From Candidatus Tenebribacter burtonii (lineage in GTDB: Bacteria > Cloacimonadota > Cloacimonadia > Cloacimonadales > TCS61): a stretch of DNA of 64,000 nucleotides. Each line of letters opens with the position of its first letter. Position 1 is the stretch's first letter. The stretch spans positions 12,429 to 76,428 of the forward strand of contig JAVCCF010000142.1 in NCBI GenBank assembly GCA_030765625.1, read 5' to 3'. The position numbers and the translations under genes were made by a program. Under the pieces are notes generated by a model. The model searched no databases. It saw only the letters and a program-made list of their open reading frames with translations, and was not told the origin of the DNA. Positions 46,301 through 55,098 of this stretch are shown piece by piece.

Positions 46301-48219
46301 TTTGTAACCGGAATATAACAATATTTAGACGCTGTAACTTCATAATCACCTGCTGGTAAATTAATGGGAATTATCGCAATCCCATTTGCATCAGTAATTC
46401 CGGTTGCCATAAGACTGTCATCAGAAGTGATGGCAATCGTAAATTCGGCAAGATCATTTTCAGAGTTGTCTATTTGTACTTCTATAAAATTAGCAGAATA
46501 TGAAATTTCAGTATTATAGATAAGTTGTAACTCTTTTGGAATATCTGTTAATATCTGCAATCCGGGATCTCCTAAAAGATTATAAACATAGAAATAGAAT
46601 TGATCTGAATCCAGTGAGCCACCCCAAGCATGATTTTGCGGATAATTGTTGTACAGTTCCATCTTTCCACGCAGCAGCATCTCTCCGCAACGAAATAAAC
46701 CTTCCTGTGTAATTCCCTGATAAATTCCCATTGCATTAGCATTATTGAACCAGGTTTTTGTGTCATACTCACTTGGTCCAATAAACCCAATTGCGCCAAA
46801 AGGTTCCGATGGATTTCCACCTGAAACCCACTTCTCTCCAAAACAAGTAGAAAACTGTTCGGAGGCAAAATCACCGCCACCACAAGTCATACTTGTAACC
46901 ATTGGCAACATGAAACCATTATTCAAATTACTAATATCATCAATCGTAAACATGGGACCTGTATAACCACCACTCCAATAGGAAGAAGATCCAGCTCCGC
47001 GATAACAGATAAATGATTCACCTTCACTTATTATGTTTGCAAGCTGGGTATTTCCCTGTTGCAAGGGACTTATGAACGTATCGACGGTGGTATATTCAAA
47101 ATCAAGTAGTTTATTTCGGATTCCCATCAAAATTTCACGCTGCGAGTAACCATTCCATTCTTCGACATGTCCAACCATTAAAGCACGTTTTTGCCAGGGG
47201 ATTTCCATAAAAGGATTTCGTTCATAATTGATTATTTTAAATACGATCGTCTTAAGATCCATCTGACTCTGAGCTGAAAGTCTTCCGATAAAAATATCAG
47301 GGAAGTAATCTTCACCATCTAAAAGTGTATAATTATGATCACTCACTGCCCATGGATGTAAATATCCTTCTACAAAAAAAGCAGGGCATTGAATCGCACC
47401 CGAAACATCACCAACCAAAACAACAAACTCCGGTGGGGACCCCCAGTTGTCATAGGCATTTTGTAGATATGCTTTCACGTCTTCAGCTGTAGTACCAATA
47501 TCTTCAAGAAAAGCTAATTTTGTTTTAAAACCAAGCTTTTCCTTCCAGCGAAGAAGTGGTTGTAATATGTTCTCAATACTACTTGGTGCAATAAAGAGAT
47601 ATTCTCCTCCGGTTGAACGTGTAAGGTTCTTCGCACCGAGAATCCTTTCCGATGCAATCTTATTGAATGAAGCAGATGTAATACTTTTTGTTAGAGGACT
47701 TCTGAGGTCAGATTGATCAATTTCAAATTCGAGTTGAACGTCTTTGATAAGTTTAATTACATTCAGTTTTGGATTGTATTGAATGGGTGAGATAGAAACT
47801 TGAGAAAATCTGTTGCCTCGCATTATAACAGGATCGGAAGTTGTGACTATGTTTTTAGGGAACCAGTCGTCTACTTCAGAAATCTCACTTTGCAAATTCG
47901 GTTCTACAGCTGCAATCTTATGGGAAAGGACAATTTCATCATAATCATATTCAAGCTGAGAACATTTGTAATTTCCTGTATTTGGAAGAGAAACCAGCCT
48001 GGTATAAACAGGTAATTCAAACACATCTGAGATCATGCCGTTTTTGCATTCTGAAATAATGATCTTATCGTAAAAACTTTCATCGATCTGCTCTGTTTTG
48101 ATCATCTCGATTTCAAAATTCCCACTAACTTGAAATGAATTACCAATTTCTGAGAATTCCAAACCGACAAGTTGATAAAATATTAACAATAAACCAAATA
48201 ATAAAAAGATCTTTTTCAA
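43336..48219 (-). CDS. Gingipain-like (peptidase C25 family) giant surface protein with NIDO-like module, Ig-like repeats and T9SS C-terminal sorting domain
   Basis: C25 hallmarks YLFIAPSS...LLRWKEKLGFKT...VVLVGD...SDHNYTLLDGEDYFPDIFIGRL and MVTSMTCGGGDF. Tail NYPNPFNPFTRIEY...VYNIKGQYVKTL...WDGTDDKNRNVSSGVYLY...KMILIK. The likely start is the TTG at 48219, with GGAG 7 nt upstream. The track ORF begins at 48234. Confidence 0.85.
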   Translation of the reverse strand: MKKIFLLFGLLLIFYQLVGLEFSEIGNSFQVSGNFEIEMIKTEQIDESFYDKIIISECKNGMISDVFELPVYTRLVSLPNTGNYKCSQLEYDYDEIVLSHKIAAVEPNLQSEISEVDDWFPKNIVTTSDPVIMRGNRFSQVSISPIQYNPKLNVIKLIKDVQLEFEIDQSDLRSPLTKSITSASFNKIASERILGAKNLTRSTGGEYLFIAPSSIENILQPLLRWKEKLGFKTKLAFLEDIGTTAEDVKAYLQNAYDNWGSPPEFVVLVGDVSGAIQCPAFFVEGYLHPWAVSDHNYTLLDGEDYFPDIFIGRLSAQSQMDLKTIVFKIINYERNPFMEIPWQKRALMVGHVEEWNGYSQREILMGIRNKLLDFEYTTVDTFISPLQQGNTQLANIISEGESFICYRGAGSSSYWSGGYTGPMFTIDDISNLNNGFMLPMVTSMTCGGGDFASEQFSTCFGEKWVSGGNPSEPFGAIGFIGPSEYDTKTWFNNANAMGIYQGITQEGLFRCGEMLLRGKMELYNNYPQNHAWGGSLDSDQFYFYVYNLLGDPGLQILTDIPKELQLIYNTEISYSANFIEVQIDNSENDLAEFTIAITSDDSLMATGITDANGIAIIPINLPAGDYEVTASKYCYIPVTNDLNVNSDASLILEDSSFSDDMVSGYNSVLEFVIENVGTADIESIIITPVCSNGNITFLDDPIIIDTLEAGHDYSGQFEIQISECWVNGEELNIFFEITSDSGDYKFLIPSEIISPELIVSEFLVQNSTNCLIQNETADITIELLNCGNYQTGNFQAELICINENAVIENSISNYTNIQQNNTGIGNFSVTPENVISGELAQFEMVIINNGNILFNISFNFPIGIIDSTSVTFCKNGYYAIESGDVGNLMTPQYDWIEIDPNYGGDGLLLDSDHTTTDGFTKVISLPFQFNYFGNFYDHISVCSEGYISMDQTPLIFHRNRNIPSGVGPAGMIAPFWDNLIDGRIYVKYDEENNYFIIEWSDFKNEFDETDEIFQVILYDPEFYFTANENKLMKFQYKVVCNNDQDDNFATVGIENYQQTDGLLMTYSNIYPITIHELQNETAILFFNNIDGGIPFISAAPENYNFSVPADSTFSIDLNLSNALGSSEVSYEVSLAHFARVPSGYQSNFNEDFSRNIENSQIFNMTPTYIPIEPMNFLFYLIHTDLDGEGIHGINIDFPPGFYVNSASDIDDLEYNNEIGDGAEISWGFILGYSIIPSSSSSPILVNITIDENQTSPVEIDWYIEGDGTGAAPHQVSGSFIVNPTSDEYLWVTYPNGGEYVVPSIQDTLRWNKYGEAEFVKIMICRDNMTNWQMIDEMTENSGSYPYMFDGPLTDECRFKVSTLDESSFDVSDSVFSISAFNITHPEEASILSYGATDTLTWVDTGNYDNVKIEFSANNGYSWETISETGENTGSFVYTVAGPPSEYCLFQISNITGTVQNISRPFTIVDSPVNWLSIENTLGTIPAGGNANNSITISSNELTPATYFAVIKIITDIGQILNIPITLEVYTTIQPIENYILRQNYPNPFNPFTRIEYDIPKAGKITIKVYNIKGQYVKTLINEHKELGAYEIYWDGTDDKNRNVSSGVYLYQLESNSTTKTNKMILIK

Positions 48220-48235
48220 AAAAACACTCCGCAAA

Positions 48236-51200
48236 TTATTTTAATAATAAACATTTTCTGGTGGCTATTGTTTTACCATCAGTTGCTAATTTATAGAAAT
48301 ACACTCCGGAAGATACAGGTTGCTCATTAAAGTCCGTACCGTTCCAAGTCACTGAATATACGTTTGAACCATTATTCACTTCGACAGGCTCAGTGTGACA
48401 CGAGCTCAGGGAAATATCTTTCACTTTCTGCCCCTTAATATTGTAAATTATCAACTTGGTATTCTCTGAAATATCTGTGGTTAAACTGAACGATATTATT
48501 GTTGTTGGGTTAAAAGGATTTGGATAGTTTTGATATAGTTTAGGTGAACTGATTATTAGTTCATTCTCTCCATGAACATAAGAATCCTCATTAGCTGTGA
48601 ACAAAATAGCTGTTTCAGATTGAATTGTATGTACTGTTGGCGGGTATATATTCGCAAATGTAATGAGTAAACCGTCCGTTTGTGTTTCATTCTCAATACC
48701 AATAGTTGCATAATTGTCACTATAATCATTATTATTTACAATCTTATATTGAAATAAAATGTCACCATTTCCGGTAATTGTGGGATAGAAAAAAGGATCA
48801 TAGAAGACAACTTGAAAAGTTTCAAATGAGTAACTATAAACATTTCTGCATTCAGACCATTCAATTACAAAAATATTTTGGGAAGAATCAAAATAAGAAT
48901 AAACTGAACCATAGATAAGATTATCCCAAAAAGGTGCAATCATAGCTTTAGTACCTACTCCTGAAGGGATGTTTTTATTCCTAAAGAAAACAAGATCTGT
49001 ATCTCCCATTGATATCCAACCATTGGAACATACTGATATTTTTTCATATATTATCCCGAAGTATTGAAAATCAAAAGGTAGATTGAGAGTTTTAGTAAAA
49101 CCATCATCCCCTGTTACATGTCCTCCCTGCACTACAGTGCCCTGTCCTCCATAAGAAGGATCAATCTCTATCCAGTCATAAACTGGAGCAGAGAAATTAC
49201 CCACATCAGAGGATTCTATAGCGATATAATCTTTATCACAGAAAGTGGGACTTTCTTCACATATTATCCCTATCGGGTATGAGTATTCGATTTCTTGTAC
49301 TTCATTACCGTTATTCGTAATTACAAATTTGAATTTGGCCAGTTCACCTGAAATAACTTCATCAATTTCTATCTCAAAGGAAGATTCGGTAAGTCCGGTT
49401 TCTCCCATTAACAAGGAAGAACAGGTTGTGCTATTGCTTAATATAGTATAATTGTCAGACACTGCAATAAGTTCAATAGTTGTTTCACCAGCATCATAAT
49501 TACCACTATTTAAAAGTTCCAGATCGAAACTGGAATTAGAATTTTGCAGCAAATAGCCATTCGGCTCATCTACAATAAGATCTGAAATTGTGAATTGCGG
49601 TGATATAATATCAAGCGGCATATAAAATGTATTTTCACCAATATCAGATAAAATATTTAAGAAGATCTCACCTTGAATCCCATCTCGCCACAAATTATCC
49701 AATTTAACTTCAAAATTACAAGTTGTGAATTCACCTACAGCTAACGAATTTAAAGTATTTAGCCCCGATATAATGGTAATAAACTCATCTCCAGAGGATA
49801 TTTCAAATTCGAGATTATTTACCATTATGTTACTGGAATTTTGGATACTTGTACTTATATTTACTGTTCCACCAGACACAATATCCGAACAGGTATATTC
49901 ATCAAGCCTAACAATATCTTCATCAACAACTGTTAATTCCGTGGTTACTGGAATGAACTGATATTTGGAAGCAGTTACAGAATATAAACCTGTTTCAAGT
50001 GTTACGAAGATACCTGCAATTCCTAACTCATCTGAAATTCCTACTGTAATAAGACTATCCGCATTTGTAATTGCAACCGTAAAACCAGATTTATCTTCCT
50101 CTTCTAAATCAATTTGAACCTCAAAATAATTTGAACCTGACGGAATCTCGTTTGGAAGTGTCATATCAAATATTTTGGGAACATCCGTAAGAACCTGAAG
50201 TCCGGGATCTCCCAGAAAATTATAAACATAGAAGTAGAATTGATCTGAATTATTTGAATTTCCCCAATTATGACAATACGGAAAGTTATTGTAAAGTGCC
50301 ATCTTTCCGCGAAGCATCATTTCACCACCTCGGGTTATACCTTCCTGTGTAATACCATGATATATCCCCATATCGTTTGTATTATTGAATGGTGTTTTTG
50401 TGTCGTATTCACTTGGTCCAATAAAACCTATAGCTCCTTTAGGGGATGATGGCGAACCTGCAGAAAGAAAGGTTTCTCCAAAACAGGAAGGATAACTGGT
50501 ACTAGCAAAATCTCCACCCCCACAGGTCAAGCTTGTTACCATTGGTAGCTTAAAACCATTACTTAAAGAAAGAATCCCATTTATGTTAAATAGATCACCA
50601 TAATTTCCCCACCAGTAGCTCGGAGCTCCGTAACCACGGTAATTCAGAAACGTGTAACCACCATTGATCATATTTATTAAAGTACTCATATTATTTTGAT
50701 ATGGAGATATAAATGTGTCTACAACTGTAAATTCAAAATCAAGCAATTTCTCTCGACATTCCATCACTGTTTCTCTTCCTGAGTAAAATTCCCACCAGTC
50801 AACAACAACGCCTGTCATCAGAGCTTTATTTTGCCAATCATCATCAATTAAAGGATCACTCTCATAATTTATTATTTTGCTTATTATCGTATTTAATTCC
50901 ATTTGTGAACGAATAGAAAAACGTCCCACAAACAGATCAGGGAAATAATCATCTCCTTCTAAAAGAGAATAACTATGATCACTTACATCCCAGGAAGTAT
51001 AATAACCCTGAACATAGAATGATGGAACAACAATTGAACCATCTACATCACCGACCAATACAACATATTCAGGAGGAATTTCCCAATTATCATATGCATT
51101 CTGAATAAAATTTTTAATAGCATTCGAAGTGTTACCAGTTTCAGATATAGTTGCAACTCTGGTTTTATAACCAAGTTTTTCTTTCCAACGCAACAGTGGA

Positions 51201-51868
51201 TCTAATAAAGATGCAATATTATCTTGAGCTATAAAAAGGTACTTTCCATTTTGCTCAGACCTGTTAATTAAATTTTCATTTAAAAATGATCTGGTAACTT
51301 TGGAAAATGAATTTATTTTGTTCTGTCTTGTCTTCGGATTTTTTGTATCACTCTCATCCAAAATAAGTTCGATTTGAAAATTTTCTAATATTCTTATTTT
51401 CCTCTTAACAGGATTATATTGTATAGGTGAAACCACAATCTGTGAGAATCGGTACACACCCATGATATTCGGATCGGAAATGGTAAGGACATCTGAAGGC
51501 AACCATTCATCTCTTTGGTATTCAGCACTAATTAATTCACTTTCAACACTAAAACCGGAAGGTAAAATTTCATGATCAATATCTATTATTCTTTCATCAT
51601 ATGAGATATTATCCAAAATATAATTTCCTTGATTTGGAAGATTAATAAATCTTGAGTATATTGGTAATTCTGGTTCACCAATTTTTCCTGATGTAACACA
51701 GTCATTAATTTTTATATGCGTAAATGTATAATTCTCAGAACTTTTTTCAGAAAAATCAAGCGTATCAAAATTCCCAGTGATTATTATAGAATTACCTGAA
51801 ACTTCCATATTAATTGCAATTGATACTGAAATAATTAATAATATTAAAAGTGTGAAAATAATTTTCAT
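48236..51868 (-). CDS. Gingipain-like (peptidase C25 family) surface protein, tandem paralog, with NIDO-like module and T9SS C-terminal sorting domain
   Basis: Same C25 motifs (YLFIAQDN...LLRWKEKLGYKT...VVLVGD...SDHSYSLLEGDDYFPDLFVGRF, MVTSLTCGGGDF). Tail NYPNPFNPTTIISF...IYNIKGQKVK...WNGTDFNEQPVSSGVYFY...RKCLLLK. Confidence 0.85.
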   Translation of the reverse strand: MKIIFTLLILLIISVSIAINMEVSGNSIIITGNFDTLDFSEKSSENYTFTHIKINDCVTSGKIGEPELPIYSRFINLPNQGNYILDNISYDERIIDIDHEILPSGFSVESELISAEYQRDEWLPSDVLTISDPNIMGVYRFSQIVVSPIQYNPVKRKIRILENFQIELILDESDTKNPKTRQNKINSFSKVTRSFLNENLINRSEQNGKYLFIAQDNIASLLDPLLRWKEKLGYKTRVATISETGNTSNAIKNFIQNAYDNWEIPPEYVVLVGDVDGSIVVPSFYVQGYYTSWDVSDHSYSLLEGDDYFPDLFVGRFSIRSQMELNTIISKIINYESDPLIDDDWQNKALMTGVVVDWWEFYSGRETVMECREKLLDFEFTVVDTFISPYQNNMSTLINMINGGYTFLNYRGYGAPSYWWGNYGDLFNINGILSLSNGFKLPMVTSLTCGGGDFASTSYPSCFGETFLSAGSPSSPKGAIGFIGPSEYDTKTPFNNTNDMGIYHGITQEGITRGGEMMLRGKMALYNNFPYCHNWGNSNNSDQFYFYVYNFLGDPGLQVLTDVPKIFDMTLPNEIPSGSNYFEVQIDLEEEDKSGFTVAITNADSLITVGISDELGIAGIFVTLETGLYSVTASKYQFIPVTTELTVVDEDIVRLDEYTCSDIVSGGTVNISTSIQNSSNIMVNNLEFEISSGDEFITIISGLNTLNSLAVGEFTTCNFEVKLDNLWRDGIQGEIFLNILSDIGENTFYMPLDIISPQFTISDLIVDEPNGYLLQNSNSSFDLELLNSGNYDAGETTIELIAVSDNYTILSNSTTCSSLLMGETGLTESSFEIEIDEVISGELAKFKFVITNNGNEVQEIEYSYPIGIICEESPTFCDKDYIAIESSDVGNFSAPVYDWIEIDPSYGGQGTVVQGGHVTGDDGFTKTLNLPFDFQYFGIIYEKISVCSNGWISMGDTDLVFFRNKNIPSGVGTKAMIAPFWDNLIYGSVYSYFDSSQNIFVIEWSECRNVYSYSFETFQVVFYDPFFYPTITGNGDILFQYKIVNNNDYSDNYATIGIENETQTDGLLITFANIYPPTVHTIQSETAILFTANEDSYVHGENELIISSPKLYQNYPNPFNPTTIISFSLTTDISENTKLIIYNIKGQKVKDISLSSCHTEPVEVNNGSNVYSVTWNGTDFNEQPVSSGVYFYKLATDGKTIATRKCLLLK

Positions 51869-51968
51869 ATAAAATCCTTATCTTTATTTGGGTATTTATT
51901 GAGCAAAAAACGAGCCATAAATCACCATCGAGCGAGAAAAATTTTTATTTATATTTTTATTGTAAAGT

Positions 51969-54900
51969 TTATTTTAATAAAAGACATTTCTTTATGTTAA
52001 TTTGTTTCCCTTTATAATCCATTTTATAAAAGTAAATTCCTGTAGAAACACCTTTGCCTAAAGAGTTGGTTCCATTCCATGTTGTAGTATGAATACCTGC
52101 AGGAAGAACTTCATTAATTAACGTTTTAACTTTCTGTCCTTTAATGTTGTAAACAGCAATATTTGTTTTTCCTTCAATATCTTTTATAGCAAAACTAATT
52201 GTTGTAAGTGGATTAAAGGGATTGGGATAATTGGAATTAAGAACTGCATTTGTGTAAGCGGGAATTTCATTTTCGTTTATTGGAACAGGATTTTCTTCAT
52301 AAGCCGTGTGTGTAAATTGAACTGAAGGATTAAATGGAATTTCGTCTGCCCTTATTCGCAAATAATAATAATCATTTGGATTTATAATCTCATCAGGGGA
52401 AACAGATTTTTGTTGCCACTCTTCCCATTCTATTAATCCGATATTATCAAACCACGCATATGAGTCTCCAGAAATTGGCGGATCGTTATTGGCGACAATA
52501 TCAAAGTAATTTGTGTTAACCGGAACATCAATTTCTGAGTGATAATATGTCCAATCCGTATCTCCATTTATCGGTTCAAAATTGTCTTGTCCCAACAATG
52601 TCACACCGGTTCTGTTATTATAAAATCTAACCTGAATCATTGCACCTTCACAATTCTCAGTTTTAACAAACCCATGAACGGAGTAATTTCCCTCAGATCT
52701 TCTTTTCATTCTGTTTTCCAGATTTGTGATAATGTTGTATCCATTGGCAGAATTCTGATGAATGCATAAAGAACGTTCACCTTCATAGAACTCACTTTCA
52801 TCAAGCCATTCATTATCGCTATTCACGTTCCAAATGCTAGCTCCTTCATCTTCAAAATTACCAAACCAGATAAGTTCTCTCCCAACTTGGAACTCATAGT
52901 TTTCTTCAGGTGATATTATATCAACACTGGAGATATTCCCCCATTGAGGTAGATGTATTATCTGCGAGACATATTCCTCTCCAGTATAGGAAAACACAAG
53001 GTTTTCTGTATATTGTTCATTTTCTACTAACATATTCAGTGTATCCAAGATTATATTTGCTTTAATTTCAATATTATCAACACTTAAATATGTATTGAGT
53101 TCTTTAGATTTCATCTTGATATAATTTAATATATGTTTACCGAGATCACCGGTTGCAATTTGTGGAATAAAATCATCTATGAAAACCGGTTTAATACTGA
53201 ATGCATTAAAACCATCTTCTTCAATTGAAGCATTAAGCACCATAGAAGGAAATGTTTCAAAATAGGTTAGATCAAAAGCAAAATCACCCAAAGAATGAGC
53301 GATGAGTTTTCCATTGTAAATTTCAACACCCTGAATAACATGTGGATGATGACAAATAACGAGATCAGCCCCAGAATCTATCATATGATGACGAATCTCA
53401 ATATCCCACATATGTGGAATATCAATTCGGGGGGTGTAATCCTCATCTTCGGCAAAATCCTTTTCATCCCAACCAGCAAACACATCTATGAAATCGTAAT
53501 TTGCACCAGGAGATATAGAATATTCACTTCCTGAATGTGTTTCAACAATTATCAGATCGGCATTATCCTGTACTGCATTAATTTGTTCCATTATATAATA
53601 TGGAGTCATATAAGCAAAGCCGAATTTATTAAAACCGGCTTGTAAATAAGGTTGGTAATTATTATATTGTCCGGTTCTGTCACTCGATCTTAAGAAAGCA
53701 AGATTCATGCCTTTTTTGGAATAGAATAGCGGTTCATATGCTTCATAAGAATCTACTCCCGCACCGGAATATCGAATTCCATATTGCTCGAGAGTATTCT
53801 GAGTTTCTTGCATTCCTTCAAGCATATAATCACTTGTATGATTATTAGCCAGACAAACTATATCAATTCCGGAATATGCAAGACCAGCAGCATTTTCAGG
53901 AGCTCCCTTAAAATATATTGTTTTAGTTGGATGATGGACATTATGGGTTGTAAGTGGACATTCGAGATTTGCAACCGTAATATCAGCATTATTGCCCAAT
54001 ATGGATAATGTTGGTTCAAAAATTGCCTCAACACCTTGCATAGGAATTATTCCACCGACATTTTCATAGCCTCTTGCAAGCATAATATCACCAACAAAAT
54101 TAAGAGTTAGAGGAAACGTGGAAGGACCTGTATCAACACTTATTTGACATGTAGAGTAGCCATTCTGGTTAGTTTCATCAGTCACTTGAATATGAATTGT
54201 ATAAGGATGATCATCTTCTACAATAAATTGATGTGTTGGATTTTGTTCAGTACTAGTTGAGTCATCTCCAAATAACCAAAGAAAATTATGCTCATTACTG
54301 TCAGGATCCGTTACCACACTAAAAAAATGAACATCCACACTTCGCAGATTATCAGCATTTTGATAAATAGTACCAATATCATAACTGATCTCAACGTGAG
54401 GAGCAACAGGTAGATCTTCGGTTATATCATAGATATTATCAAAATAAACAATTCCACTACCTTCATCGTTATTATTTATGAAAATAAGTTCAGTAATTTC
54501 AGGTAAATACTCAAACCATGAAAACCAATCATCAGCAATTGGAAGTTGAAAATTATTCCAAATACCTTCTTCAAAAGCTCCTTGATAAACAGGTATCCAT
54601 TCTTCAATGTTTAATAATTCGAAACCATCAAGAGAGTAAAACAATTCATTTGTACCATCACTGATGCCAAATCCCTGAATTTCGCCCCTATCTTCAATAA
54701 AACAAGCTATTTGCCAAACATCATTTGAATCGATAGAAACAACTTCTATTGGTTCAATCTTCCAAGTATTTCCATAAATTTTTAGCGAATACTGAGAAAG
54801 TGTATTACATGTATTCTCTGTTGTTAATTCCCAAGCATCGGGTTGTATATCCTGATCAGGATAAGAAGTTAGAAATATTTCTCCGCTCTCAAAGTCCTCT

Positions 54901-54983
54901 ATTGGAATTTCACGATTAGTTGCATTACTAAATGAGTTTATTAATAATACTATAAATAAAACTGATATTAATTTATGTTTCAT
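51969..54983 (-). CDS. Secreted multidomain protein: N-terminal unknown domain, PKD, CapA/PGA_cap metallophosphatase-fold domain, CBM4/9-like domain, T9SS C-terminal sorting domain
   Basis: PKD (FLWLFGDDSTSTEQNPTHQF...TIHIQVTDE). CapA motifs (NFVGDIMLARG, NLECPLT, CLANNHTSDY, ETHSGSEY, ICHHPHVIQG, SLGDFAFD). CBM-like (GNFEDEG...AWFDNIGL). Tail NYPNPFNPLTTISF...VYNIKGQKVKTL...WNGTNSLGKGVSTGIYFY...KKCLLLK. Confidence 0.75.
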   Translation of the reverse strand: MKHKLISVLFIVLLINSFSNATNREIPIEDFESGEIFLTSYPDQDIQPDAWELTTENTCNTLSQYSLKIYGNTWKIEPIEVVSIDSNDVWQIACFIEDRGEIQGFGISDGTNELFYSLDGFELLNIEEWIPVYQGAFEEGIWNNFQLPIADDWFSWFEYLPEITELIFINNNDEGSGIVYFDNIYDITEDLPVAPHVEISYDIGTIYQNADNLRSVDVHFFSVVTDPDSNEHNFLWLFGDDSTSTEQNPTHQFIVEDDHPYTIHIQVTDETNQNGYSTCQISVDTGPSTFPLTLNFVGDIMLARGYENVGGIIPMQGVEAIFEPTLSILGNNADITVANLECPLTTHNVHHPTKTIYFKGAPENAAGLAYSGIDIVCLANNHTSDYMLEGMQETQNTLEQYGIRYSGAGVDSYEAYEPLFYSKKGMNLAFLRSSDRTGQYNNYQPYLQAGFNKFGFAYMTPYYIMEQINAVQDNADLIIVETHSGSEYSISPGANYDFIDVFAGWDEKDFAEDEDYTPRIDIPHMWDIEIRHHMIDSGADLVICHHPHVIQGVEIYNGKLIAHSLGDFAFDLTYFETFPSMVLNASIEEDGFNAFSIKPVFIDDFIPQIATGDLGKHILNYIKMKSKELNTYLSVDNIEIKANIILDTLNMLVENEQYTENLVFSYTGEEYVSQIIHLPQWGNISSVDIISPEENYEFQVGRELIWFGNFEDEGASIWNVNSDNEWLDESEFYEGERSLCIHQNSANGYNIITNLENRMKRRSEGNYSVHGFVKTENCEGAMIQVRFYNNRTGVTLLGQDNFEPINGDTDWTYYHSEIDVPVNTNYFDIVANNDPPISGDSYAWFDNIGLIEWEEWQQKSVSPDEIINPNDYYYLRIRADEIPFNPSVQFTHTAYEENPVPINENEIPAYTNAVLNSNYPNPFNPLTTISFAIKDIEGKTNIAVYNIKGQKVKTLINEVLPAGIHTTTWNGTNSLGKGVSTGIYFYKMDYKGKQINIKKCLLLK

Positions 54984-55098
54984 AATATACTCCTAATAAG
55001 TAAAATTTCAGAATGAACAAATTTTGACAAGGTTTTATCCATGCATCCGCTAATATTCAATTATTGACAGAAATATTAATAATTAAAATATACCATTA

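Noticed and set aside
46561-46610. Recent gene conversion between the tandem gingipain-like paralogs. Positions 46561-46610 and 50201-50250 are 46 of 50 identical.
   Set aside because: The stretch encodes a strongly conserved peptide (SDQFYFYVYN-LGDPGLQ). Flanking regions diverge quickly. High identity can be explained by protein constraint plus AT-biased codon usage. It cannot be supported without a sliding-window dS analysis.
43336-54983. A diversity-generating retroelement or other hypervariation system acting on the large surface proteins.
   Set aside because: There is no reverse transcriptase gene and no template/variable repeat pair in the window.
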